IMG/VR virus record: IMGVR_UViG_3300048837_001215
Location: 1-63,730 of that record
Strand: one strand, 5' to 3'
From: a virus
Taxonomy: Duplodnaviria; Caudoviricetes
Length of the DNA stretch: 63,730 nt
Shown here: positions 53,822 through 63,504 of the stretch, piece after piece
Numbering within the stretch: the first letter of the stretch is position 1
Layout of the letters: every line of letters begins with the position of its first letter
Notes under the pieces: generated by a model
What the model was told of the DNA's origin: nothing
Database searches by the model: none
The model's input: only the letters and a program-made list of their open reading frames with translations
Program-made: the position numbers and the translations under genes

Positions 53822-54462
53822 ATCCAATTCCGACCATAGGATGTGTATTGAGAACCGGTGGGGTTTATAATTTTTCTCATGTTCTTCAATTGAAGGCTCA
53901 AGCAGATCGACATGCTGATCGCCCTTATCGGTTTGTTTGTATGACTGATAAGATGGAAGCAACTCCATCAACTGGCATTGAGATTATCCCGCTGGAAAAG
54001 AACTATCCAGGTTGGTGGTCATGTTGTGAACTTTGGAAACTTTGTGGACCTACAATAGTCGTTGGGCTAGATACGGCCTTTGTTTCCGACCTTGGACCCC
54101 TTTTTGACCTGGCAGAGCAAGCAGATTTCTACGAGTTTTGGATGCTTCGTTCCTTCTTTCACCCGTACGATCCCGCTCGTGACCTAATCAACGGAATCCA
54201 GGTGTGGAACGGGGATTGGAGATGGTTGTGGGAGGAGTTCGACTTCAAAGAAGATAGCAAGAAGTTTCGAGGAGATGAAAATTACCTTTTGGATAAACTC
54301 CATAATACCGGGGTTCGCTGCAGAAAGATTCAGGATGAAGTGAAGGGGATTTATTCATATCTTTTGGATTGTAAAAGATACATTCCAAAAGATGCCAAGG
54401 TCATTGTATTTCACGGCAGGAATAAGCCTTGGAATTGTGTTCATCGGAGAATGTGGAAATGA
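53818..54462 (+). CDS. GT-A (GT8-like) glycosyltransferase 1
   Basis: CVLRTGG.Y, FVCMTD, GWWS, LDT, GDE, VFHG..KPW. Confidence 0.72.
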   Translation: MNPIPTIGCVLRTGGVYNFSHVLQLKAQADRHADRPYRFVCMTDKMEATPSTGIEIIPLEKNYPGWWSCCELWKLCGPTIVVGLDTAFVSDLGPLFDLAEQADFYEFWMLRSFFHPYDPARDLINGIQVWNGDWRWLWEEFDFKEDSKKFRGDENYLLDKLHNTGVRCRKIQDEVKGIYSYLLDCKRYIPKDAKVIVFHGRNKPWNCVHRRMWK

Positions 54463-55097
54463 CAGTTCCAAAGTTTGCATGTGTTCTTCGTTCTGGCGGG
54501 GACTATCTTCCCGAGCATGTGGAGGCTTTGGCTTATCAGGTCAAGAAGCATTCTACAATAGAATATGAGTTTATATGTTTGACCGATCATCCAGAGCCGA
54601 TAAGCGGAGCAACCTGTATCCCTTTGGAAAAGAATTATCCCGGTTGGTGGTCATGTGTTGAGTTATATCGGCTCCAGGGACCGGTGGTAGCAGTTGGGGT
54701 TGATACAATGATTCGTGGAAATATTGATGGACTATTTCGGTTGATTCAAGCCTCTTCTGAAAAGGAGTTTTGGATGATCCGGGCGTTCAAGAATCCACGT
54801 AATACAATCTCTGGAATTTTGGGATGGAATGGAGATTGGTCCAGATTGTACAAAGATTTTAAATGGGAAGAAGTGAAAAGAAGGCTGAGAGGGGATGAGG
54901 ATTATGTCAATGTTCAACTGAAAAAGTACAAGGTAAATCCTGGTAAGATTCAGGATGCTTTTCCTGGCGTATATTCTTTCAAGCGGCATTGCGTAAATGG
55001 AATCCCAGAAGATTGTTCAGTCCTTGTTTTTCATGGTCAACCAAGACCTTTTAAAGTTCCCAATTTATGGAACCCGCTATTGGAGGAAATGAAATGA
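54459..55097 (+). CDS. GT-A (GT8-like) glycosyltransferase 2, paralog of GT1
   Basis: Shares IPLEKNYPGWWSC, WNGDW, RGDE and VFHG with GT1. Confidence 0.72.
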   Translation: MTVPKFACVLRSGGDYLPEHVEALAYQVKKHSTIEYEFICLTDHPEPISGATCIPLEKNYPGWWSCVELYRLQGPVVAVGVDTMIRGNIDGLFRLIQASSEKEFWMIRAFKNPRNTISGILGWNGDWSRLYKDFKWEEVKRRLRGDEDYVNVQLKKYKVNPGKIQDAFPGVYSFKRHCVNGIPEDCSVLVFHGQPRPFKVPNLWNPLLEEMK

Positions 55098-55762
55098 GAG
55101 ATCCGATTTTAATTGTTGGTTGCGCCAGAAGCGGGACCTCCATGACAGCCGGCATGATCAATATCTGTGGGGCTTTTGGCGGGGAGATGTTTGGTCCTCA
55201 CCCCAACAATCAGAAAGGTATGTTTGAAAATAAGGATCTCCGAACCAATGTAGTAAAGCCTTATCTGGAGAAGATTGGGGCGGATTCCAGAGGACAGAAA
55301 CCGCTCCCAAACAATCGACAGGTGTTTGAGGTTTCTCAGGTCGAGGCAAAAGAATGGAGAAAACGGGTCCAAGACTCAATGATCAGGCAGGGTTACAGTG
55401 ACGGTGAATGGTTTTATAAGTGTCCAAAGTCTGCAATGATCTGGTATTTGTGGCATTGTGCCTTCCCCGAAGCAAAGTGGGTTCTGGTCAAAAGGGCTCA
55501 TGAAGATATTATCAACAGTTGCCTCAAGACCCGGTTCTTGACCGCTTATCAGAACAAAGCCGGCTGGCAGGGGTGGATTGATGCTCATGAACGGCGCTTT
55601 ATGGAAATGAGAATGGCGGGTATCAACCTCCATGAGTTCTGGCCTTCTCGGATGATTGAAGGGGATTATGAGTACGCCCAGGAGTTGGTTGAGTCTCTTG
55701 GTTTGAAGTGGAACGGCCCAATGGTTCGGGCTTTCATCGACCCTACTATGTTCAAGGATTGA
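55094..55762 (+). CDS. Sulfotransferase
   Basis: 5'-PAPS-binding loop PILIVGCARSGTS; N.KG.FE; K.P; R....I..S. Confidence 0.8.
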   Translation: MRDPILIVGCARSGTSMTAGMINICGAFGGEMFGPHPNNQKGMFENKDLRTNVVKPYLEKIGADSRGQKPLPNNRQVFEVSQVEAKEWRKRVQDSMIRQGYSDGEWFYKCPKSAMIWYLWHCAFPEAKWVLVKRAHEDIINSCLKTRFLTAYQNKAGWQGWIDAHERRFMEMRMAGINLHEFWPSRMIEGDYEYAQELVESLGLKWNGPMVRAFIDPTMFKD

Positions 55763-55766
55763 AGCC

Positions 55767-56147
55767 ATGACCGCAAGAGTAACAGAAGAAGAGGTTAAAG
55801 AGATCATCGACACCAGTCTGACTCCTCTTACCGTCTTCATCAATACCGCTCATATCTTCGTGGAGAACACCTTGACGGTGGCCTCTTTTGAAGAGGAGAC
55901 TTTGAAGGAAATTGAGCGAAATCTGGCGGCTCACTTCCTTTCCAATCGGGATATGAGAGTGACGGCGGAGAAGGTAGATACAATTTCTTTGAACTACGCC
56001 GGCAGGTTTGACTTGGGTCTAAACGGAACCTTGTATGGACAGACAGCAATCCTTTTGGATCATACCGGGGTACTGGCAAGTGTGGCTAAGAATGGCATGA
56101 AGAGATCCGCATCCATAGCTATGATGGAATACCATGAATCTGTCTAA
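55767..56147 (+). CDS. Head-tail adaptor
   Basis: LAAHF...T.YGQ; position. Confidence 0.65.
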   Translation: MTARVTEEEVKEIIDTSLTPLTVFINTAHIFVENTLTVASFEEETLKEIERNLAAHFLSNRDMRVTAEKVDTISLNYAGRFDLGLNGTLYGQTAILLDHTGVLASVAKNGMKRSASIAMMEYHESV

Positions 56148-56487
56148 ATTCTTCAATCAGACTGCGGTGTACTGGGGCTCTCCTATTCCTGACGGATGGG
56201 GTGGATTCACTTATGCAGATCCGGTAGAGATGGCTGTTCGGTGGTCAGACATGCAGGAGAAGTTTGTATCCGGGAGTCCAGATGGATCAATAGAGGAGTT
56301 ACTTTCTCGGTCAGTAATCTTATCCGAAACCGACTTTGAAGTAAATGGCCGGATGTACCTTGGAAGCCTGGTTGATCTGGACAGTACCTCAACTGCAGAT
56401 GATATGGGAGCTTTAACGATTAAGTCGGTAGCCAAAATTCCGACAATCAAAGCGGATCAGTTCTTGAGGAAGGCATGGCTGAATTGA
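56134..56487 (+). CDS. Head closure protein
   Basis: DGWG motif, size, position. Confidence 0.6.
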   Translation: MNLSKFFNQTAVYWGSPIPDGWGGFTYADPVEMAVRWSDMQEKFVSGSPDGSIEELLSRSVILSETDFEVNGRMYLGSLVDLDSTSTADDMGALTIKSVAKIPTIKADQFLRKAWLN

Positions 56488-56942
56488 AAGGGTTGTCAAA
56501 TGTTCTTCGAAATCTCAATAAAGAGATCGAGAATATTCAACTTCATACCAGGGAAGGACTTACAGAGGCCGCTTTGGTTGTGAAGTATGACTCCGTGAAA
56601 GGAACTCCGATTGATCTTGGCAACCTTAGAAACAGCGCCTTCATTCTGGTGACCGGGGACGAACCCGACAACAAGATGCCTTCTTTTGGTGGGTCAGATG
56701 CCGGCAAGATGGCCTCAGATCATTCCTTGGCTATTGGGGAGGGGAAGGCCATCGTCAATCAGAATAAGTGGAGATTGAAAGGGATAGTTGGATACACCGC
56801 TTTTTATGCCTTATTTGTGCATGAAATGCCGGCGCATTATAATTTCAATCAAGGCAGCAATAAATTTCTTCAGAAGGCTTTGCTGAAGAATAAAGAAAGA
56901 ATCCTCAGAATTTTAATCAAGTGGGCGAAGATCAAGAAATGA
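56475..56942 (+). CDS. HK97 gp10-like neck protein
   Basis: PIDLGNLRNS, YALFVHE, KFL.KA. Confidence 0.75.
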   Translation: MAELKGLSNVLRNLNKEIENIQLHTREGLTEAALVVKYDSVKGTPIDLGNLRNSAFILVTGDEPDNKMPSFGGSDAGKMASDHSLAIGEGKAIVNQNKWRLKGIVGYTAFYALFVHEMPAHYNFNQGSNKFLQKALLKNKERILRILIKWAKIKK

Positions 56943-57346
56943 ACTCTTGTGCGGAAGACATAAAGGATTACTTGGAGGCTCTTTCTTCTGATTCCAGTTC
57001 CTCTTTTATCCCGGAGTTGGTGTTTGGAAGCAATTTGTTTGTAAGTCTTCTTCCGGAGACTACCGGAATAGCGGTAGTTATTTTGGATACCCCTGGAAGC
57101 CCTCCAAATCCAAATGGAATAAGGAATCCCACTATTCAGGTTTTGGTAAGGGGAAAGGTTGGAGGTTATACGGCAGCATACGACATAATAGAAGCAATTG
57201 TGGATGAACTTCAAGGGCATTCTAATTTCACGATCAACAGCACCAAGTACATTCAAATGTGGATGCTTGGGGATGTTTTTCACATAGGCAATGATTCAAA
57301 GGGAAGACCGATGTTTTCCGCTACGTTTCAAATTCAAAGGACATAG
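56939..57346 (+). CDS. Tail terminator protein
   Basis: P.IQVLVRG...G.D..GR..FS; precedes the tube gene. Confidence 0.7.
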   Translation: MNSCAEDIKDYLEALSSDSSSSFIPELVFGSNLFVSLLPETTGIAVVILDTPGSPPNPNGIRNPTIQVLVRGKVGGYTAAYDIIEAIVDELQGHSNFTINSTKYIQMWMLGDVFHIGNDSKGRPMFSATFQIQRT

Positions 57347-57358
57347 GAGGAACAAATT

Positions 57359-57781
57359 ATGCCAAGCAATGCGTTTTCAGGAGTTGGAACATCTTTCAAG
57401 CGTTCGGACATGGCGAGTTCGGCATCGTTTACAGCGATTGCGGAAGTCAACAGTATCACAGGCCCCAACAAAACAAGGGAGACAATCGATGTCACCTCTC
57501 TGGATTCAGAAGGAGGGTATCGTGAGTTCATTGCCTCTTTCCGGGATGCTGGAACGGTGGAGCTGGAGATGAACTTTACCCGAGCTGGTTACGAGGATCT
57601 GAACACAGACTTCGAAACTGAAACTCTGGTGGACTATCAGATTGTCCTTCCAGATACGGGTAACACCACACTGGACTTTTCCGGATTGGTAGTTGATCTG
57701 GGGATGGCAGTTCCCCTGGATAATAAGGTGACAGCCACTGTCACAATCAAGATTTCCGGGCAGGTAACCCTGACCTCTTAA
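57359..57781 (+). CDS. Major tail tube protein
   Basis: I.EV.SITGP...ETIDVTSLDS..Y.EFI...DAG; KISG. Confidence 0.85.
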   Translation: MPSNAFSGVGTSFKRSDMASSASFTAIAEVNSITGPNKTRETIDVTSLDSEGGYREFIASFRDAGTVELEMNFTRAGYEDLNTDFETETLVDYQIVLPDTGNTTLDFSGLVVDLGMAVPLDNKVTATVTIKISGQVTLTS

Positions 57782-57824
57782 TCGTTAAAATTTAACCCAA
57801 CCAGATTCAAAGAGGAGAACAACC

Positions 57825-58259
57825 ATGGCAGTTTTAGGAAAGAAAGATATTTTCAAGGCGCAGGAATTGAGGAAGGAATTGGTTTCGGTTCCGGAGTGGG
57901 GCGGAGATGTATGGGTACAGGAGATGGATGCTGAACAGCGTGATCTCTTCGACCGGTGGATTGTTCAGAGAGATATGAAGGACGAAAACGGCAAATATAT
58001 ATATCCCGAACACCGTAATGGCGGTATGAGACTTCGGGTTCTGATTGCCACCGTCGTCGACGAGAACGGGAAGTTGATGTTTTCCGATTTGGATCTCCCC
58101 GATCTTGCCAATAAGTCCGGTAAGGTGGTGGCCAGAATCTCTGATGTAGGAATGAAGCTCAGTGGAATGTCGGAGGAGTCCAAAGCCGAAATGACAAAAA
58201 ACTCCGAGCCCGTTCCGAGCGAAGATTCCAGTTTAGACTCTGCCAGCAACTTGGAATAA
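57825..58259 (+). CDS. Tail assembly chaperone (gpG-like)
   Basis: VPEWGG.V, VVDENG..F; lies between the tube and tape measure genes. Confidence 0.8.
   Translation: MAVLGKKDIFKAQELRKELVSVPEWGGDVWVQEMDAEQRDLFDRWIVQRDMKDENGKYIYPEHRNGGMRLRVLIATVVDENGKLMFSDLDLPDLANKSGKVVARISDVGMKLSGMSEESKAEMTKNSEPVPSEDSSLDSASNLE
58196..58202 (+). promoter_or_regulatory. -1 programmed frameshift site A AAA AAC
   Basis: Correctly phased heptamer; the -1 frame stays open to 58579. Confidence 0.8.
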
Positions 58260-58579
58260 TTCATCCAGACTATCTACTCCAGCAGCTTACGTCAAGTCAG
58301 TTGTCGGAGTGGATAGCTTATGCAGAGCTGGAACCGTTTGGAACGGGGTACATCGCGGACTTGATTGGAATGTTGTGTGCTACAATAGCGAATTTCAGCC
58401 AGATGGAAGTGAAGGAAAAGGGAAGAAGAAAAAGTTGGAGTCCTTCAGACTTTATCCCGGACACCATAACTCCTCCTAAGAAGCGAATTGTTAAAAAGCA
58501 GTCAGTTGAAGATATGGCAAATGTTTTGAAGACTATTGCTACCAGTGGTAACAGAGGTCAGAAGAGGAAGAAAGCATGA
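58202..58579 (+). CDS. gpT-like portion of the G-T frameshift chaperone
   Basis: LRARSERRFQFRLCQQLG...SSQLSEWIAY..LEPFG. Confidence 0.78.
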   Translation, partial: LRARSERRFQFRLCQQLGIIHPDYLLQQLTSSQLSEWIAYAELEPFGTGYIADLIGMLCATIANFSQMEVKEKGRRKSWSPSDFIPDTITPPKKRIVKKQSVEDMANVLKTIATSGNRGQKRKKA

Positions 58580-61311
58580 ACGATCTTGGTGCATTGTATA
58601 CCAGAATAGAGGCCGACACTACTGGGTTGAAGAAGGCAGAGACTCACATTGCCTCTTTTGCCAAGAATGCCGCTGGATATTTTGCCGGAATCGCCTCTGT
58701 TGCCGCTATTGGCCAGGCTATCAAGACGGTCACCATGGCAACCGCCAGGTATGATACTCTTGGCGTGGTCATGAATAACATTGGCAAGAATGCTGGATAC
58801 TCAGCAAAGGAAATGGCTGAGTACGAGAAGCAGGTTCAAAAGACCGGCATTTCCATGACCTCTACCCGGGAGACTTTGACCAAGCTCGCCCAGGCCCAGA
58901 TTGATCTTTCCAAGTCTACGGATCTTGCCCGTATAGCTCAGGATGCCGCTGTAATTGGAAATATCGACTCTTCTGAAGCCTTTGAGCGGATGATTAACGG
59001 CATCCGGGCAGGGGAAGTGGAAATTCTCCGGAACATCGGCTTGAACGTCAACTTTGAAGATTCTTATCAGGAACTTGCTGCGACTCTTGGGAAGACCTCT
59101 GGTGAACTTACCAATTATGAAAAAACTCAGGCAAGGGTATCAGCTGTTGTAAAGGAAGGGGCGAAGATTCAGGGGACCTACGAAGCGGCGATGGGAGCCG
59201 CCGGCAAGAAATGGACTTCTTTGAATCGCCATGTTTCTAACGCACAGGTACTCTTAGGGAGACTGTTTCAACCTTCTTTTGGAACCTTGGTTGATAAGAT
59301 CACTGAAAAGTTGAAGTCCTTCAACGATAGCCTGGACGACAAGACCCTCAAGCAATGGGGAGAAGGGATTGACTCGGCATTGAAGAAGACTTTGGCATTT
59401 TTTGAGGGGATTCAATCTTTATCAAATATTCTTGGAACACCTGGCATTGGTCAGCTGGCAATTATTGGAGGAGTCCTTGCTAGATTCGGCCCGCAAGCTG
59501 CTATTGCTTCTGCTGGCGTTCTGACGCTCAACAACGCCCTGGAGCAGACCCAGACCGGAAGTCTACAGCAAGGGGTTTCTGCATACAATGGACTTGCTAA
59601 GAGCATCCAGAATCTTTTGGATGTGGCCGCAGGAACGCGAGATTTTAGCTCAGGGGTGATTTTAACAGAGGTTGATAGGATTGAGCGGAGACTCCAGGAA
59701 CTGCGAAATTATAAGGCTCCCTGGCAGTTGTTTCCGGATAAAGCTGAGACTGCTCGACAGGCGGAAGCGATCAATGCCGAAATCAAGCGTCTTGAGACTA
59801 CTTTGATGGATGCCAAGATCAAGGACGCCATCAAAGAAGGAATCGAAGATCCTTGGAGAAGCGCTGAAAGAGAAGCAATGCGGGCAGGGGCAGCTACAGC
59901 AAATGCGGTAAAAGCCAGTGCGGAGGATCAGGCAGAATCGCTCAAGACCCTTCAGAAGAAGTACGAGGAGCATGCTGATCGGATCAATGAAATAAATGAT
60001 CAAATAAAACAGAACCAGATGTCCGGTCAAGAACTTCTAAGGGATCTTGGCAGGACCAATATGGATGACTTCTCAGCCTGGAAAGATATGAAGGCTGAAG
60101 CCGAGGAGTATGAACAGGCGGCAATAAAAGCTCTTCAGGCGGCTCAGGTTGAAAAGGATTCTAAGGTTCAGGCGACCTTGTTCGAAGATGCCATCACTTA
60201 TGCGGAGAAGGCGCAGGACAAGTTTGTTGATCTGAACCGGGAAGTGAAGAATGGCGACCAGACAATGGTCTCTTCCTCCCAGGCTACAGCAGAAGCCATT
60301 GCCGGCGTTGAAAGATTGATCGCCCTTCGAGACGAAGCTCTTCGAGCCAATAAACAGGTGGAAGTATCGGCAGCAAACTCAATTGTGGAGCAGTCCGGCG
60401 GAAAGATTGGGGCCATGTTTGCTGAGGTAGAAGCTAAGTCTACTGATCTTGTAATGAATAAGTTCCCAGCAGTTGAGGAGGGATGGGGAAAAATCTGGAT
60501 AAATGGGCAATTGGTTGCGGAAGAGACATTTGCCGCAACCAGTAAGAGCCTTGATCAGATTGGGGTAAAACTCAAGGAAGTTGGGTCTATTGAGACAACA
60601 CAGGGGGTTAACGAAGAGATTATTAAAATTGGGGAAACCTACACCACTGCATTCACTCAAGCCCAGGATTCTTCCGGAAAGGCGTCGGTTAAAATGGTTG
60701 GGGATGTAAAGGAAGTCACCAAAGAAGGGGATGGGGTCAAAGCGGTTTGGAAGGATGTGTTTTCTGAAGCGGAAAAGGCTTCCGACTCCGCTCGTCGGAA
60801 GATGATTGAAGATATCAATGCGGTAAAGAAAGCAGCGAGCAATATTGAGTACAGTGTGGGCGGTTCTGTTGGCAGAAGGTTTGGTGGGCCGATTCAGAAG
60901 TTGAAGAATGGAGGGGAAGCAATCAAAGCCTCTGTGGGTCGTTTCTTTTCTGGATATGGCGGCGGAGACAGAATCCCGATCCTTGGTGAAGCCGGTGAGT
61001 TCATGCTCAGGAAGGAAGCCGTTCGAGCCGGCGGAAAGGATACGGCATCGGCATTCAATCGTGGCGACTGGGGAAAGGTCGTTTCAAATCTCAGCAAGAA
61101 ACTCCAACTTGGTGGGCCGGTTTTGCCAGTCTTTCCTGCTATGGCATTGGCCGGCGGCGGATCTGTATCAAACTTTCAGGGGTCTGGTGAATCTTCCAGG
61201 AGCTACTATATTCAAGGGGAGATTGAGCCGATCACCGTGAGGGCTACAGATCGTGAAGCAGATCGGTTGTATTATCAGCTTAACCGGAAATATAAGAGGA
61301 GATCAAGCTGA
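58576..61311 (+). CDS. Tape measure protein
   Basis: 911 aa, Ala-rich and helical, with a C-terminal GG...D.IP...GEF motif. Confidence 0.88.
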   Translation: MNDLGALYTRIEADTTGLKKAETHIASFAKNAAGYFAGIASVAAIGQAIKTVTMATARYDTLGVVMNNIGKNAGYSAKEMAEYEKQVQKTGISMTSTRETLTKLAQAQIDLSKSTDLARIAQDAAVIGNIDSSEAFERMINGIRAGEVEILRNIGLNVNFEDSYQELAATLGKTSGELTNYEKTQARVSAVVKEGAKIQGTYEAAMGAAGKKWTSLNRHVSNAQVLLGRLFQPSFGTLVDKITEKLKSFNDSLDDKTLKQWGEGIDSALKKTLAFFEGIQSLSNILGTPGIGQLAIIGGVLARFGPQAAIASAGVLTLNNALEQTQTGSLQQGVSAYNGLAKSIQNLLDVAAGTRDFSSGVILTEVDRIERRLQELRNYKAPWQLFPDKAETARQAEAINAEIKRLETTLMDAKIKDAIKEGIEDPWRSAEREAMRAGAATANAVKASAEDQAESLKTLQKKYEEHADRINEINDQIKQNQMSGQELLRDLGRTNMDDFSAWKDMKAEAEEYEQAAIKALQAAQVEKDSKVQATLFEDAITYAEKAQDKFVDLNREVKNGDQTMVSSSQATAEAIAGVERLIALRDEALRANKQVEVSAANSIVEQSGGKIGAMFAEVEAKSTDLVMNKFPAVEEGWGKIWINGQLVAEETFAATSKSLDQIGVKLKEVGSIETTQGVNEEIIKIGETYTTAFTQAQDSSGKASVKMVGDVKEVTKEGDGVKAVWKDVFSEAEKASDSARRKMIEDINAVKKAASNIEYSVGGSVGRRFGGPIQKLKNGGEAIKASVGRFFSGYGGGDRIPILGEAGEFMLRKEAVRAGGKDTASAFNRGDWGKVVSNLSKKLQLGGPVLPVFPAMALAGGGSVSNFQGSGESSRSYYIQGEIEPITVRATDREADRLYYQLNRKYKRRSS

Positions 61312-61694
61312 TGACTATTACTTTGGGAACCATCTCATTGAACGATCATGTCTCTTGGAGAGGCCGGTGGAACGAGCCGGTTGTTCCTGGTTCCGAGATG
61401 GTTACGCTTGGAGGGAAGGTGATTGTTCAAAGGGATATTGCCTCCAATTCCTCTGAAATTGTTTTGGAAGCTATTGAAGAAAACAATGTTCGAAAAGGAT
61501 ATTTTACCCAGACTCAATTAGAAGGAATCCGAGCATATCGAGATGCCGGAACGGTAGTTTCTCTCTCTTATCATGGGGAGTCGGTAAACGTGATTGTGAA
61601 AAATGATGGGATTCAGGTTGAGAAGGTTCTGTGGCAGTCCACCTTCGATGCCCTGGAAAAATACTTGGGCTCCATAACTTTGATGAGGGTGTAA
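61311..61694 (+). CDS. Distal tail-like protein
   Basis: Position after the tape measure; 127 aa. Confidence 0.55.
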   Translation: MTITLGTISLNDHVSWRGRWNEPVVPGSEMVTLGGKVIVQRDIASNSSEIVLEAIEENNVRKGYFTQTQLEGIRAYRDAGTVVSLSYHGESVNVIVKNDGIQVEKVLWQSTFDALEKYLGSITLMRV

Positions 61695-61696
61695 AT

Positions 61697-62734
61697 ATGC
61701 TGAATACTGATTTGAAAGTTTATAAAGCAAAGACGAATGGAAGGATGGATGGGGCTTCTCCGGTTACCAGTGGAGTGTTGCAGAACGTCTTCCCTCACGT
61801 TACCAGTTCCCAAAGAACGGCAGGGCATTTCGATTATGTAAAGACCTTCTGGAAAGTTGCAGATGATTCTGATGGGATTCTCCTTGATCCTGAAATCTAT
61901 TTGGATGCACCCACCAAATCCCTGACAGAATATGTAACGTTGTTTGTTATGGGACAACGGGATACTATAGCGGATATTACCGGGTATGAAACCGGAGCAG
62001 ATACCGAAAGGAAGTATGGTACCGCCTATCTTGCCGAGAATATAACTGCTGGTGATCAAACCATTGTAGTTAATGTAAAGAACGCCGCCTTATCCGATGG
62101 GGATGACCAAATCTTTTTCGATACCGATAAGATCAAATTGACGGATAAAGCAACAGCGGATGCCCTTACTGGGAATGAGGAGATATTAACTATTAATGGA
62201 GCGCCCGTTGTTTCCTCTGATGGCCTTGAAGTTACTATTACGGTCACTGAGTTGATTGCCAATAACTATACAGCGGCTTCTACTCCAACCCAGGCATCTC
62301 CAAGAGTCTCTTCTATGTATATGCCGGCTGATATTACAACCAGCGTCACGACGCCAGTCAAGACCTCGACCGCCGGGACGGTCGACTTCAGCACCTATCC
62401 GATCATACTCGACAACATCGGCACGGTCGATGAGGACTGGACGATCGCCTTCACCGACGCCACCCACTTCACCCTGTCCGGCGATTCGCTCGGGGCGGCG
62501 GTCGCTACGGGAATAATTTCATCCGATTTTGCCCCCAACAACTCCACCTTCACTAAACCTTATTTCACTATTGAAACAGAGGCTTGGGGAGGCACTTGGA
62601 CCTCTGGTGATATCGTAACTTTTACAACTCACCCTGCTGCTATTGGAATGGGCCAGAAGCGGGTAATCCCTGCAGCTACCGCCTCACTGGCAAACAATAG
62701 GGTAACTCAAGTGATTGTTGGAGAGGCCGTATAA
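61697..62734 (+). CDS. Tail protein
   Basis: NGRM...NVFP.V...R..G; Thr-rich beta composition. Confidence 0.6.
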   Translation: MLNTDLKVYKAKTNGRMDGASPVTSGVLQNVFPHVTSSQRTAGHFDYVKTFWKVADDSDGILLDPEIYLDAPTKSLTEYVTLFVMGQRDTIADITGYETGADTERKYGTAYLAENITAGDQTIVVNVKNAALSDGDDQIFFDTDKIKLTDKATADALTGNEEILTINGAPVVSSDGLEVTITVTELIANNYTAASTPTQASPRVSSMYMPADITTSVTTPVKTSTAGTVDFSTYPIILDNIGTVDEDWTIAFTDATHFTLSGDSLGAAVATGIISSDFAPNNSTFTKPYFTIETEAWGGTWTSGDIVTFTTHPAAIGMGQKRVIPAATASLANNRVTQVIVGEAV

Positions 62735-63504
62735 TGACCTCCGAACGCCACCCACTCCGGGTCAACTATGTATCACCGTCACCGCGCTCGCGTGATATGG
62801 ACGACTTCGTGCTGTTGGAGCAGGACAGGTGGAAGATGAACCTCGGTTATATCACCAAGTTCGCGATGCTGCGCTATATCAACCACCTGCTGTTCGCCGC
62901 TGATCCGCCCGAGGCCAATTGCCCGACCCTGCAACCGCGTACCGTCTACGCCTACCCCTCGCGTACGGATCTCAACTACCTGATCGGCTGCACATGGGGC
63001 ACGCTCGGGCCACGGCGGATCAACGAGAGCGATTTCCAGGAGGCCATCCAGTGCAACCTGCAGACCGAGCTTGAGACCAGATACCCGCCGCTGGCGATTA
63101 ACGGATACACCTGGCTCGGTGATGCCTACTCGCCCGAGGGGGATGTCCTGACCCGCCCGGCGGTGACGGTGGTTGACGGCAGGATTCGCATCGCTGCCAG
63201 AGTCTACGGCACGTTGCTGGTCTCATACAAGGTCCATCGTCATCTCTACACGATGGCCATTCCAGCGCGGCCAGAGGCCGAGGAGAACACCGTCCAGAGC
63301 CACGTCTACGCCTGCTGGTCCGGCGGCAACACCGTGATCGAGATCGAGCAGCCGGAAGGGGCGGAGGAGGGGGAATGCAATTACAACCACAGCGGCGGGC
63401 TGGTGGATTTGATCGATGACCGCCAGCCGCCCGACCATGTCGACCCAGAGGACGAGTACATCGACATCGACTACTGTTCCGGTCTGCCGTTGGTGTATGT
63501 ATGA
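62734..63504 (+). CDS. Tail-region protein
   Basis: 256 aa, GC-rich, coupled. Confidence 0.65.
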   Translation: MTSERHPLRVNYVSPSPRSRDMDDFVLLEQDRWKMNLGYITKFAMLRYINHLLFAADPPEANCPTLQPRTVYAYPSRTDLNYLIGCTWGTLGPRRINESDFQEAIQCNLQTELETRYPPLAINGYTWLGDAYSPEGDVLTRPAVTVVDGRIRIAARVYGTLLVSYKVHRHLYTMAIPARPEAEENTVQSHVYACWSGGNTVIEIEQPEGAEEGECNYNHSGGLVDLIDDRQPPDHVDPEDEYIDIDYCSGLPLVYV

